A stretch of 64,000 nucleotides of DNA from Lama glama (Eukaryota). Positions 11,930 through 24,068 of the stretch are shown here, in pieces (position 1 is the first letter of the stretch; the number at the start of each line of letters is the position of its first letter). The stretch covers positions 93,374,001 through 93,438,000 of the forward strand of contig CM052816.1 of assembly GCA_028534125.1 (NCBI GenBank), read 5' to 3'. The notes under the pieces were generated by a model. It had not been told where the DNA came from. It worked only from the letters and a program-made list of their open reading frames with translations, and did not search any database. A program made the position numbers and the translations under genes.

Positions 11930-12063
11930 AGGGCACTAGTGTCACCTGGGAGCTTGTCAGAAATGCAGTATCTTAAGCCCCATCCCAGACTTATTAAATC
12001 AGAATCTGCATTTTAAATAAGATCCTGGAAGATTTTTGTGCACATTCAAGTTTGAGAAATGTC
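11930..12063. mobile_element. MER5A/MER5A1 fragment (right arm of inverted pair)
   Basis: 'cacctgggagcttgtcagaaatgcag...aaatcagaatctgcattttaaataagatcc...caagtttgagaaat'. Confidence 0.85.
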
Positions 12064-13084
12064 CTTAAGAGATCCGTCTTTTCAAACTGGGGTTGGCTCA
12101 GTCTTTGGGTTTTATTCTGGAAGAAGACTTTTGTGTTGAATGTTGAATTATCAGGCTTGAGATTCCATGAGTTTCTAAAATGAAGAAGGTCCTAAATTTC
12201 CTCTAAATTTACAAAGCTTATATGAAGTGTATTTATATGGCAGCTGTCTGTTAGAAAAGGTCATGAGGGCTCGTCTACTTTTTTTGAAAACCTTAAACAT
12301 GTGCAGAAGTTAGATTTCAACCAAGAAAGGTGGCTTTTGTAACTAGTAAGCTGGTCCCAGAAGAATTGCAAGGTAACAAGAATAGGTCTCATTTGGAGTC
12401 TCTTTCTATTTTTAATTTATCTCATGATGAAGGATGAAGGACAACAAAAAATGCCCCAGATTCTTTGATGCACTCTCCTTCTTTTGATTGTATCTTTGAG
12501 GAGAGCTCTGAAAGGTATCAACTAAACCCATTGTCAGAAAAATCTTGGAGTGTAATGAGAGTGGAAAATGACACAATTATCTTTTCTTGTATCAGTGATT
12601 CTGAGGAGAGTCTGGAAAGACATTAAATGAAGACTATCCTCTGGGGAATTTAAACATGTACTCTACCAGTTGTGCCACCATGCTGCAGGAGGAAGTGAAT
12701 ATTTTAGTTTCCAAAAAATCAAGTAAAAGTTTATAGGGGATTTTCACCAGAAAAATGGTGGGTCTAGGTTTGTGGATGTTTAATGAATGAAAACTTCCTT
12801 GAAACCACTATCTTTTGTTTCATGTACATAAAAAGATATGTTTTTCATGATGAAATAAACAATATATATTTTTAGGGTGACTTTTATTTAAAGGTCTCCC
12901 TTCCAATTAAGCTTTACTTAATGTAACTCCTGGCTCGGTGGATTGGCTATACTGTCTATGATACGTTACTTGTGAGGCGAAAATACTAAGACTATTTTCT
13001 TGTTAGTCACTGGTGATATCTCTAGTACATAAGGTGAATAGAAATTTGACAATTTGATGGTCAATTTGATCATCAGAGACTGCA

Positions 13085-13257
13085 ACATTTCTCAGTCAGA
13101 AGAGTTACTGCCTTGTAACACGCATTTGGGGATGCATGGGACAGCTTTGTCAAAATGACTGAGGTGGAGCACTACAGCGTTTTGAATGCAGGGGAGAGGG
13201 GCATTAAACATCCTGTGTGCAGGGGACAGTAACACCCCAGGAATAATTGTCCCACCC
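13085..13257. mobile_element. MER20/MER20B-like hAT MITE
   Basis: 'gcatttggggatgcatggg...cactacagcgttttgaatgcagggg...taaacatcctgtgtgcaggggacag...aataattgtccc'. Confidence 0.65.
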
Positions 13258-13811
13258 TGTGGCAGACAGAGACTAAGATGGTCCCCATGACTCCTTTTGG
13301 GGTTCATATGAAATCCCCACACTTTTGAGTGTGAGAGGGACGTGTAACATGTTTCCAACCAGTAGAACACAACAAAGGTGCCAGGATGTATGTGTTTAGG
13401 TCTATGTGATTATATTATAAAGGATTATAATATCTGACTTGCCAGGAACTCTCTCTTTTGTTTTGAAGAAGTTAGCTGCCACTTGTGGGCTGCCCTATGG
13501 AGAGGGCCATGGGTCAAAGAAACAGAGAGTGGCCCATGGTCAACTGCCATCAAGAAAGAGGCCCTTGCCCTGGAAGCCTACAAGAAACTGCATGTTGCCA
13601 ACACCCATGCAGACTTAGCGGTGGGTCGCTCCCCAGTGACGCCTCAGGAGAGGATGCAGTCCTTACCAATGCCTTGATAATAGCTTCGTGGAGAACCAAG
13701 CTAAGCTGTGCCCAGTTTTCTGACTCGGAGAAACTGCGGGAACTAAATGTAGCTTGCTTTAAGCCACTAGGATTGTGGTAGTTTGTTACTCAGAAATAGA
13801 CAACAAAAATA
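13258..13811 (+). mobile_element. MaLR LTR, MLT1F-like, full length
   Basis: 'tgtggcagacagagactaagatggtcccc...gctttaagccactaggattgtggtagtttgttactcagaaatagacaacaaaaata'. Confidence 0.88.
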
Positions 13812-13834
13812 GAGTCAGCTCAGTCTAAAACAGG

Positions 13835-14171
13835 TCAGTTTAGGCTGCTGTAATGAATTACCGTAGACTAGGTGACTTAAACAGCACACCTTTACTTCTC
13901 ACAGTTCCAGAAGCTGGAGGTGCAAGAACAAGGTGCCTGTGGATGCGGTGTCCAGTGAGAGCCCACGGCCTGGTTTGCAGACGTGCATCTTCTTTCTGTA
14001 TCCTCATGTGGCAGAGAGCAGAGAGGGAGCAAGCTTGCACGTCTCTTCATAAAGGTACCACCCCCATGACTTCTTTATCTCCCCATGTTTCCACCTCCTA
14101 ATGCCATCACTGTGGGGATGAGGATTTTAATATATGGATTGTGGGAGGACAGAAATGTTCAGTCCATAACA
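13835..14171 (-). mobile_element. MaLR LTR, MLT1A0-like
   Basis: 'ggctgctgtaatgaattaccgtagactaggtgacttaaacagc...ccacctcctaatgccatcac...ttcagtccataaca'. Confidence 0.9.
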
Positions 14172-14859
14172 ATACCAAAATGCCAACAGAACCTCCACTG
14201 GAAAATGCTCCTTGTAAAATCCTCAATAAATGTTGCCTAACGATTGATTTTGAGTGACTTTTCTCAGCAGACTTGACGAAATATTGCACACCTTAGCTTC
14301 ATGTGGCACCATGAATACCTGCTGTGGAGGTCTTACCTTCATCACTTTAGCTTTAGTGCATAGTGAGAATCCAAAATATCACAGATACTTGAAAAGTTTG
14401 TTAAAGGAGTGGTGTGTGAACTCAACCTACAAGCAAAACTGAAACTCTCCATGAGGACCCACCTTTAGACTGTAGCAAAGAGAAGCACATGGGGAGGGAG
14501 AAGTGGAAAATCACTGGCTTAAAAATGGTCCAAATTAGGAGCAATATTTGTTTGCTCGACTGTACGTTTGGAGTTCTCACCTGGTTATTTTCCATTATAT
14601 AATCACAGCCATAGTCCCCTACCTCAGTGAATTTAAGTAGAAGCTTCCAATGTTTAAATGCATGTTTCTTTGTTCGAGCAATTTGATAATTCTGCCCATG
14701 AAATTCATTTTCACTAAGGGACTCCTCCCTCCTTAGGTGGGGGAGGTAAGACGATGTGGTTTCTCCATCACATGGCAGACATTCACAGAATTTCACTGGA
14801 CTGTAGGAAAGGAATGGGAAGGGAAGGAAACTTGTCATTTCAAGGGATTTAGGGCTAAG

Positions 14860-15490
14860 GCAAAAGAGGGAAGTATATATTTCCTTCTTTTTCAGCTGAG
14901 TGGGAACATGTAACATCTCCTCCATCTAGAGACGCCGACGTTTCTAAGCTTCCTGTGCAGCTAGGAATGTGACCCTGTTTTAGCCAGTGGGATGTGAAAA
15001 CAGCCTTAAGATCACATTTTTATAAGGAAGATAGTTACTGTCACTCTACCTCACTCTGTTTCCATTGCCTGGGAAGCAGCAGAAACGGAAGCTGCTTCCT
15101 GAAACCCAGAGACGGGGGCAGTAGTGGGCTGGAGCTGGCTGGCAAGGTGCACAAGAGCCAACTGTGCACATCTCCCGGCTCTGCATTTGATGGCATCTTG
15201 TTAGTGTCTTGACATTGGTTGTGCTGGAGTATTTATACCATGGAAATCGGCATATGCTACAAATCAGGAATTTTGTTTCATTTTATTTTATTTTTTTAAA
15301 GAACTGGTTGTAAGCTTCTACTTGTACAACACCATGTTGAGTTGCCATTCCAGCCTGGATCCCCATGGGGAGAGCTCCCTCCTCACTTGGACCATCCATG
15401 GATGAGAAACCCCTTCAATCTTGAGTCAGCCACTAACTGGTTTATAAGAATAAATAGACATTTATTGCAGCTGCTTAGTCTGTACACAGC
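14860..15490 (+). mobile_element. Old ERVL-class LTR (LTR16/LTR33-like), interrupted by MER63A
   Basis: 'gcttcctgtgcagctaggaatgtgaccctgttttagccagtgggatgtgaa', later 'ccagcctggat...gagaaac...ttgagtcagccact'. Confidence 0.5.
15119..15336 (+). mobile_element. MER63A hAT-Blackjack MITE
   Basis: 'cagtagtgggctggagctggct...aagagccaactgtgcacatctc...ggagtatttataccatggaaatcggcatatgctacaaatcagg...acaacaccatg'. Confidence 0.88.
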
Positions 15491-16049
15491 AAGGCAGGCC
15501 ACAGAAGTCTGAGCTAAGGACCACCTGCCCGAGTTCCACCTCACTCCCTCCATGGCCTCATCAGACCCTCTCACAACTCTGAAAGATGCTGCACTGGTGT
15601 CTTTGGGAACCTTACCTTGTCCTTTTATGTTTCTGAAAAGAAGCCACATGCCAGGTACCAGATGTAAAATATCCCTCTAAGACACTCTGCTGCAAGGTGA
15701 CAACCTTGATCTTTCCAGATTAGCAGGTCTTTTGTCTGAACTGCACAGTGAAGAATCCTCTGGAAGCTGCTTCTGATGATGGAGCTATGGAGCTGACATG
15801 GCTCGATGGTTGGATATGCTCTTCCCACGGTACCAGGGAAGCCAGGGGATGCTGTCCAGGAAATCCTTTCCTCTGCTGTTTTCTCTGTGTGTTAATAAAA
15901 TTTTCAATGAGGAGGCCTCTCCTCTGATTTCCTGCCCCCTCAACTGTTGGGGTAAATAACAACACTTTGCTCCCGCACTGTACTTTAGACCTTTCCAAGC
16001 AAGCTCTTTTATATCTGCCATGTTCCTTGATCCTCTAAGGCAGCAAGAC

Positions 16050-16335
16050 TTTTGTTAGTAAACCTCATTTCTGATGCACATATTGACAGCCAGAGATGTT
16101 TCAACCCTTTTCCAAGTTCACACTGAGTAGAAAAGAGCCCACGTCTCTGAATCCTAGTGCCTCACTACACAGGTTACTGTCTGTGCTTTGAAATCACCTG
16201 GCCTCGGATTAGAATTTTCACTCACATCAGTTGCTTAAGGGATCTAGGCTTTAGTTCTTCTTTTGTAAAATGGGGCTACTGACAGTTCTGTCTCATGCTT
16301 ATTGTGACTATCAAATAACACCTAGCATGGCATAT
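16050..16335. mobile_element. Two adjacent MIR fragments in opposite orientation
   Basis: Minus: 'ccaagttcacactgagtag...tctctgaatcctagtgcc'; plus: 'ctttagttcttcttttgtaaaatggggctactgacag'. Confidence 0.55.
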
Positions 16336-16779
16336 TTCACAGAGGTACCATTCCGTGGATGTTTGCCATTATTCCACCATGCCCCTGGCCCCTGTCCATT
16401 GCTGTTCTTTTCCCAGACTTTGAATCTCCATTTGATCCCAGCATTACCTCTGGATTCATATTGCAGCCACTCTGTGTCTGCTCACATTTTTGAAATGAGT
16501 GCTTAGTTACCAGCATTCCCCACCATGTGCTGCTACCCTCTCAGGTAAAGACGAAGCTGCAAAAGGAGCCAAGTAGAAGGGAGGCTCCTTTTCATGTGCT
16601 GATAAGCAACTGGATAAAGTTCTCAAAGGGACTGCGATGGCCTTTAACTCAAAATTCAGCTCACCTCGTTACACGTGATTTTTTTGCTCCTATAGCAGGA
16701 TGCTAATCATGGCACATGTTGATTTTCCTCTTGCCACTTTCCTTGTTGTCAACATCCCACTGAGGGGAGAGGCTTTGGA

Positions 16780-17058
16780 GCTATGCCCACCCCCTTCCCT
16801 GCAGCTCCTCCCTGCCCCAGACTGGCAGGTGTGTCTCTAGCTCCTGAGATGACCACATTTCAAAGAGAGGGCTCCTATGTTCTTGAGAAAGACATTGCTG
16901 GGACTTAAAGCTGAGAAGTCTATTTAGCCTTTAAAAAGACTTACATGCATTTCAAAGAAATAAAGAACTTACAATTACAATTTTCCTAAAGTAGTTGCTC
17001 TAAGAAAAGAGAGGAAGGAGGAGTTCCTTCCCTTATTGTCATTGTATTTGCCCTTGCA
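16780..17058 (-). mobile_element. ERV1 LTR fragment (MER67-like)
   Basis: 'acatttcaaagagagggctcctatgttcttgagaaagacatt...ttacaattttcctaaagtagttgctctaagaaaag...tgtatttgcccttgca'; its reverse complement resembles the LTR at 52640-53213. Confidence 0.75.
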
Positions 17059-17679
17059 TCTGTTATGTTTCAGGAGAGTAAAAACAATCCATTATTTAAA
17101 GATGACATCTGCTGATAGCTGGCCCGTTGCCTTGGTTGGGCTGGGCTTTTCTCATGCTGGAAAACACTTCTGGATGGCTGAGGGGTCTGGAGATTGATGT
17201 GCTGGAATGGGTGGATGTGGAGGTGGGGACAAGTAAGAAACCACACTCGCACAGATTGAAGAATTCCTGGAGAGAGATTTCTAGGCGGAGTGAAAAGGAA
17301 TTTGAAGGAGATTCTGTTGTTTATTTTTATTATCATTTCTCTGTTTTATAATGTATGACAGACACTTACATGATAAAATTAAATATTGTTATTGCAATTT
17401 GCTAGCAACTTCATGTGTACACTTGGGGGGGTATCTAAGAGTCTGACTAGCTCTCAGCCTCCATGTAACCTACAGCGTCCTCAAAATACAGCCAGTTGGC
17501 ATCACTGAGAGAGAGCTATGCCCAAAAGTGTACAAGAATTTAACTGGCTCCCCATGATCCCTCTGCTGGGAAGTCTGCACTGCTCACCTTCCCTCCTCAT
17601 AGAAGATACCTCATCCTGAACAAGAAGAATTTTTTCCTCCAGTCTTTTATAACAAAAATAACACCATATATTTTGTATA

Positions 17680-17830
17680 AAATGTTGAAGCACTGCTACT
17701 TGCGTTATCTAATATGGTCATAACAGGACCTTTATCAGAGATCAAAACACTGAGGCTCAGAAAGTTGAGTGCTTTGCTCCAGGTCACACAGCTCATGCAG
17801 AGTCAGGAAGAAAAAATCCAGGGCAAGTGG
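17680..17830 (-). mobile_element. MIR fragment
   Basis: 'aaacactgaggctcagaaagttgagtgctttgctccaggtcacacagct'. Confidence 0.8.
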
Positions 17831-18179
17831 ACAGGATTACGGGATGTAGAGGGTGGCTCTGACAATAAATCTCTCTTCCAACTCTGATTTAGAAGTTTGG
17901 TGAGTGAGTGCCAGGCAGCATCTCAGATACCATGAAGCCCCAAGACTTTTTGAACTGCAGCCTATGATACATTCATGGGTCAGGACATCAATATTACTGG
18001 GTCCTACACCACCTACATTGAAATAAATGATATGAAATAGAATGGAAAATATCAGAGTAGCCACACACGGAAAGGGCTGGTTAGTGAGAATTTCATTCCA
18101 GTAACGTGTGCATAAAATGAAGTTGTTCTTGTGAAGGCTTTAATTTGCAAGGATACGGAGGCTTTGATCTCCATAATAT

Positions 18180-18270
18180 TTTCATTTTACAGATGGAGGG
18201 ACTGAGGTCCAGAGGGAGTGAGGGGATGGCCTGAGGCCACAAAACTAATTATTAACAAAACCCTGAATAG
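18180..18270 (-). mobile_element. MIR fragment
   Basis: 'cattttacagatggagggactgaggtccagagggagtgaggggatggcctgaggccac'. Confidence 0.8.
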
Positions 18271-18794
18271 ACCTGCAGGCACCTTTTGTTTTTACCGCAT
18301 TTGTGCATTTTTCCTTCTTCATCCTCCTTGTCAATCCCTGTGTCATCCAGCACCGGGTATGCAGAATCTCATCTCCCATCAGTGCTGGACGGTGGCTTAA
18401 TAGGGCTTAGCTTTTCAGAGCAGAAATGAGTCCTGCTTGTTTTGAAAGGGAAGCTAAACCTAACAGGCAACTGGATGTGGAATTAAAGGTCTTGTGGGAT
18501 CAGGGCAAGAATAAGGAGTTTGTTTGCGAAGCTTCTTGGGGGTGTTGAGAATTGAGAACCCCAGGTGGTCCTAAGAAGCAGCAGAAATTTCCCTGCTCTG
18601 TCGGGCTTTAGATGCAGAAGAAGGCAAAACATGCCAGAGGAGATACAACACACAGGCTGACCTTTGCTGAAGAGCTTGAGCCTTTGCAAAGGGCATGAAA
18701 ACCACCTCGTTGATTGCAAAGCCCACCATAATTGAAGAAGGGAGGGAGGCAATGGTGAGCCAGCTCTGCAGGACGGCTGGGCGTGATAAATCAC

Positions 18795-18965
18795 AGATTT
18801 GATTTCCCTAGTGTGGCGTGCAAAGCCTTGGGGCATGCCATTTATCAGTTCTGTGTCTTAGTTTCTCATCAGTAAAAAAGAGATAAAAATCCTTCATTAT
18901 CGTGTCCTGCTGGATATGGGAATTAGTTAAGTAAAATATGAAGATGAGTAAGGGTTATATACTTT
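18795..18965 (+). mobile_element. MIR fragment
   Basis: 'ttctgtgtcttagtttctcatcagtaaaaaagagataaaaat'. Confidence 0.65.
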
Positions 18966-19008
18966 TACAACTGTTAAAATAAGAAAAGGAGAAGGAAAAT
19001 ATGAAAAA

Positions 19009-19508
19009 NNNNNNNNNNNNNNNNNNNNNNNNNNNNNNNNNNNNNNNNNNNNNNNNNNNNNNNNNNNNNNNNNNNNNNNNNNNNNNNNNNNNNNNNNNNN
19101 NNNNNNNNNNNNNNNNNNNNNNNNNNNNNNNNNNNNNNNNNNNNNNNNNNNNNNNNNNNNNNNNNNNNNNNNNNNNNNNNNNNNNNNNNNNNNNNNNNNN
19201 NNNNNNNNNNNNNNNNNNNNNNNNNNNNNNNNNNNNNNNNNNNNNNNNNNNNNNNNNNNNNNNNNNNNNNNNNNNNNNNNNNNNNNNNNNNNNNNNNNNN
19301 NNNNNNNNNNNNNNNNNNNNNNNNNNNNNNNNNNNNNNNNNNNNNNNNNNNNNNNNNNNNNNNNNNNNNNNNNNNNNNNNNNNNNNNNNNNNNNNNNNNN
19401 NNNNNNNNNNNNNNNNNNNNNNNNNNNNNNNNNNNNNNNNNNNNNNNNNNNNNNNNNNNNNNNNNNNNNNNNNNNNNNNNNNNNNNNNNNNNNNNNNNNN
19501 NNNNNNNN
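19009..19508. other. Assembly gap (500 N)
   Basis: Run of exactly 500 N. Confidence 1.
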
Positions 19509-20267
19509 GAGTAATGGGATTAATACTGACATAAGTAATTGAATTAATAAATACATGGGAAAGAAGAGAAAGATCTGTTCAGAATTCCAAGTAATTCATG
19601 CAGGTATTCTGCCCTCAAGGTGGTAGAGCATAACTCCCCCTCTTGTTTGTCGGCTAATCATAGGGTCATCCTTTCAGAGAATACAGAATAGAGAGAGAAG
19701 GAAGGGAATAATTCTATGGTGGAAGAATCTGACAATCACTACCTCAGCCAGGTGATCAAGGTGAGCATCAACACTGATTATTCAAGTCGGTAGTATGTAC
19801 TCTTGATATCATGAGATGAGAATAGCGCCTTACCTCTTGGGTCCTCCCAGAACCCACAAGCATAGTCTAGCTATGAGAAAAACATCAGACAAACCCAAAT
19901 TAACGTACATTCTGCAAAATACCTGACTAATACTTTCTAAAAACTGTCGAAGTCATCAAAAACAAGGAAAGTCAGAGAAAGTCTCACAGCCAAGAGGAGT
20001 CTAAGGAGAGGCGACAAGTGAATGTAATGTGGAATCCTAGAACAACAAAAAGGACGTTAGGTGTAAACTAAAGAAATCAGAATAAAGGATGGAATTTAGT
20101 TAATAGTAATCAGCTTTGGTGCCTAAATTGTGACAAATGCACCAGACTAATGTAAGATGTTGATCATAGGGGAAACTGTGTGAGGCGTATGAAGACTCTC
20201 TGTATTACTTTTGTACTTTTTGTACTAAATCTAAAACAATTCTGAAATAAAAACTTTATTAAAAAAG
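19509..20267 (+). mobile_element. L1MC/L1MD-type LINE-1 3' UTR
   Basis: 'acactacctcagccaggtgatcaagg'-like motif, 'gaaaaacatcagacaaacccaaat', 'gtcatcaaaaacaaggaaagtc', ends 'tctaaaacaattctgaaataaaaactttattaaaaaa'. Confidence 0.9.
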
Positions 20268-20569
20268 ACTTTCTAATCTAAAAGTTATGTGAATTTCAGA
20301 TCAGTTTTAACAACCATATATGGCATGAGCACCAATTAAAAGGTACATGACCGCTGCCCTCAATGACTTCAAAATACTGAGCGGGACATATGTGTGTGTA
20401 AGCACACACTGCCATGTGGGGAGATATGTGACGGCATAAGCGCTACAAAGTATAAATGTTGCGATCATAGAAATAGATTTGTGGGGTGGATTGCATTTGG
20501 CTAGTGTTGGATAGTTCCTCCAACAATTCCTTTGCGAGTGGTGATACAGTGAGAGGGAGGCTGTTTAAC

Positions 20570-20740
20570 GGTCCATTTAGTTTTGAATGTGTTAAACTTG
20601 AGGTGCTTGTGGGATATCCAAGTTTAGATATCCAGTAAGAAGCCTAGTCTGGAGGTCTGTCCACAGGTCTGGACGTGGGCATCATCAATTTGTAAACGGT
20701 AACTGAAGAAAGAGATGATGTAAGAAGCATGTGATAGTTC
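20570..20740 (-). mobile_element. L2 fragment
   Basis: 'ttagttttgaatgtgttaaacttgaggtgcttgtgggatatccaag...gatatccagtaag'. Confidence 0.7.
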
Positions 20741-20799
20741 TTTTGCTAAGAGGATATTTTTTAATCCATGGGTAATAATTTAGCGGAGGCAAAAAACCA

Positions 20800-20990
20800 G
20801 AGTCCCACCTGTGCCAATTACTAACTAAAACTGAAGCAAATTGTGCTGGCTTTCTCAGCCTCAACTTACTCCATAAAATGAGGATAGCAGTATTCCTGTC
20901 TTGTTTACCTTTTGGGTTGTGTGGGGAAGGGAGTCAGAGGATATCACATGGGTCCTTTGTTATCTGTGAAGAGCTATAGAGATGTAAGAC
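20800..20990 (+). mobile_element. MIR fragment
   Basis: 'ctcagcctcaacttactccataaaatgaggatagcag...ctttgttatctgtgaagagctatagagatgtaag'. Confidence 0.7.
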
Positions 20991-22414
20991 AGTCATAGCT
21001 TAGTGTGGTTGAACAAAGTCTCTTTAAAACTATCTCTAAGAGTTTAGCTCTCTAAAGGCCAGAGTTTAACCAGCTGTTACTGTTCCTTTTGGAAAAGCCA
21101 AGTTCTAAATACCATGGTGATTTGTATATTAGGTAAGGAGATCTTTGCAAGTCATGACTCTTGGCTCACGATCAAGTTTCCTTCCTAAAGAGCTGGTTGA
21201 CAAGATTACATTTCCTCTCATCTTTTTCATACTATTTCAAGGGAAACCTAGAGGCCATGCTGAAATGTTTCCAGTGCAGCTGTTTTTTATGTCAAATAAG
21301 TTTTTGTTTGTAAAACTTTCTAATAAGCCCTTTGTCAGAAGTTCTTGTCTGCTTTATTAGCATGACATAGCAGAGCAACAAAAAAAAAAAAAGGGAAAAA
21401 CCAATGGATTTTCAGAGCGGAAATCATGTAATTTTATCAAAATGAATGCTGAGAAGCCAACGAAGCCAAAGGATACATTCAACTTGGGCGACGAGTAAGG
21501 AAATGAAGACGCGTGAATCATGCCAGAGATCTGATTCCTCGCTTTCACACTGTAGTGTGACAGAGAGAAGCTGTCTTCTCAGTCAGTACGAGTGCACACA
21601 CTCTCCAGGTGCGAACTTGACTGTCAGCTGGCCATGGGTCTTCCCTGCTATTAACCTTTTCAAAGCTTCCAGCATTGGAATTAAGTGCTCCTCTCTAAGA
21701 TTTCATTATGAGGGGGTGTAGTTTTTGACCTATTCATGCTAAGTATTCTCTTCCTTTTGCCTGAAGCCTGTGCACTGTCCCACTACCTAGCTAGTTTCAA
21801 CAAAGGCCATGGAGACAACAGAGGGTAGAGCTCTAATGAGAAGTAAGCCTTTTCTTCTTCTTTTTCTTTTTTTTGGAGCACACAGGCAATATTCTTTCTC
21901 AATTAATAACCACCTACTGACTGGTTAGCCTTTTGAGTGATTTTGGCAGCATCGAGCTCCCTTTGAAGCACATTTAGAGAAGCCCCCCCATGTGAGAATG
22001 ATAATTTGCCTTCTGAAAACTCTGCTTGATATGCATTTTTTAAAAAAAAATCCAAGTAAGAGGAGAATGAAAGTGAACTACGTAGAATTAAGTTAGAAGT
22101 TAGATCTTTGTGGTAAAACGTGGAGTTGTTCAGTACAGGAAAATATTGATTATGATATATCTCTTGTAGGGAAGAAAAGTTTATAAGCTCTATGGTCATG
22201 AGGAACCTGAGATCCTGAAGGGGTGATTTTTCAATTCCCCTAAAGGGAGTGTGATGCACCAGAAAGTAATGATTTTCATGAAAATTTTATCTAGTGAAAG
22301 TAGGGTAACTTTCTTGTTTTTCTCTCCCTTCATCATGACCGCCTTTTCCATTTCCAAATATTATCAAGTGACAGATGATCTTAAGCCATGCTTTAGCAGC
22401 AAAACGGTCCAACT

Positions 22415-22605
22415 TGTGTTTGAATCCCACACCTACCACAGAGGAACTCGTGATCTTAGGCATGGGTGGTCATATCTTTGAGGCTAATTGTCAGCATTAG
22501 AGGAGGATATTAATTTACATCTCATAGAGTTGTTGAGAGACACAATATGAAATATCTATGGGAAAGCTTCTTATAAAGCATTACAGAAACATGTGCATTG
22601 TTGTT
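22415..22605 (+). mobile_element. MIR fragment
   Basis: 'gtttgaatcccac...gtgatcttaggcatgg...ctcatagagttgttgagaga'. Confidence 0.65.
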
Positions 22606-23015
22606 TTATTGTCCCCTCACTTTCAGAAATGATTAAAAATATTTGCAAATGATAAGAAAATATAACTTAAGCCAAACCTAAGTCAATTGTGATCTGAATG
22701 ACCTGAGTGCAAAAGACTTGCTTGTAGTGGAAGATGGTCAGGTTAAATGTTATTATGCAGATCCAGGTTAATGGTGAAATTGGGGAAGGGGAAGACCATG
22801 CAGTAATTTGAAGAAGAGATTCTAGGAACTTGAGAGAACCTAATCCCCGGGAGAGTGTGCGAGAGTAAGTAAAAGAATAATCTTGGTAAAACAACTGGAG
22901 CTGATGCCATTAACCACGGTTCTCCCAGTGTAACACCAGGGAGGGCTGGCTAGAGACATTCCCAGGAAGAAATCCTCTGCTGCCAGTTACTTGGTTTCAG
23001 AGCCTCCTTGCTCAC

Positions 23016-23915
23016 TGTTAATTGGTTGAATTGTGTCTCCTTGCTCCCATCATCCACCCTCCCAACAAAGATATTGAAATCCTAACCTCCAGTACTTCAA
23101 ATGATCTTATTTGGAAATAGGATCTTTGTAGATGAGCAAGTAAAAATGAGGTCTGTGGGTGTGAGCCCTAATCCAATATGACTGATGTCCTTATAAAAAA
23201 GGGAAATTTGGAAATAGAGACAAAAGTGCAGAAGCAATATCATATAAAGACATAGATAGTGACATCTACAAGCCAAGTGATACATGAGGTTTACAAAAAT
23301 TAGGGGAGAGACATGGGATAGATTCTCTTTCACAGCTCTCAGAAGGAACCGACCCTGCCAATACCTTGTGTGGACAAAAGAATGTCACTTGCCGTTTCAG
23401 TAGCAAAAGATGTTGTGGCAATAAAACCATTAGCCACTACAGTTGTCCCCAGTGATGCACCCTGAGGGGCATTTAGGATGGAGAAAAACAGGATACTGGC
23501 CCTAGATAGTTAAGGTGTGTATCAAAGGAATAATTCAATAAACCCAGACTCTTGCATCTCCTATACAAAGAAAAGCACCAAAATAATTAAATTGAGATTT
23601 TCATATTTTTTTTTGTGATTAGCAGTAATTTTTTGATGCTTGACTACATGTTTTCTCAGCAAAACCTCCTATGTATCCTGACTTATCTCTTACCTCTTTG
23701 GAACAGTCCCTCAGAGCTATCTGAGCAGCTGTCTCCCGGGCTATAGTCCTCAGTAACTCTGCTGAATAAAACATAATTCTTAACTTTTAGGTTGTGCATT
23801 ATTTTTCAGTCAACACTTGCTTTCATACTTGTATCCAGACCTATGAGTAAATAAATACCCATCAAAGCCATCCAGTTGTGTTACTTTGTTGTGGCAGCCC
23901 CAGGAATCTAATAAA
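23016..23915 (+). mobile_element. MaLR LTR MLT1B/C-like, split by an ERV1 LTR
   Basis: 'tgttaattggttgaattgtgtctcc...ggaaccgaccctgccaataccttg' resumes after 23819 with 'ctttcatactt...tactttgttgtggcagccccaggaatctaataaa'. Confidence 0.88.
23369..23815 (+). mobile_element. ERV1-class solo LTR (cetartiodactyl type) with 4-bp TSD
   Basis: TG...CA termini ('tgtggacaaaag'...'ttttcagtcaaca'), AATAAA near the 3' end, perfect TSD 'cttg' at 23365-23368 and 23816-23819. Confidence 0.92.
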
Positions 23916-23949
23916 CCATACTTGCGAGGCAAATATCATTTAGCTATTT

Positions 23950-24068
23950 GTCTGCTTTCTTCATTGACTGTCTACATCTATTGGGATGTGAGCTACACTG
24001 GGACAGGGACGTTGTCTCCATCACAGTACCTAGAACCATGCAAGACAATCAGTATTTGTTGAATGAAT
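23950..24068 (+). mobile_element. L2 3' terminal fragment
   Basis: 'ggatgtgagctacactgggacagggac...cagtacctagaac...atcagtatttgttgaatgaat'. Confidence 0.75.

Noticed and set aside
14422..14925. 167-aa minus-strand ORF
   Set aside because: No recognisable domain, non-coding-like composition, begins in LTR-derived sequence.
21416..21494. Possible exon (ttttcag...CGA|gtaagg) encoding MNAEKPTKPKDTFNLGD
   Set aside because: The acceptor lacks a polypyrimidine tract (A-rich upstream) and I do not recognise the peptide.
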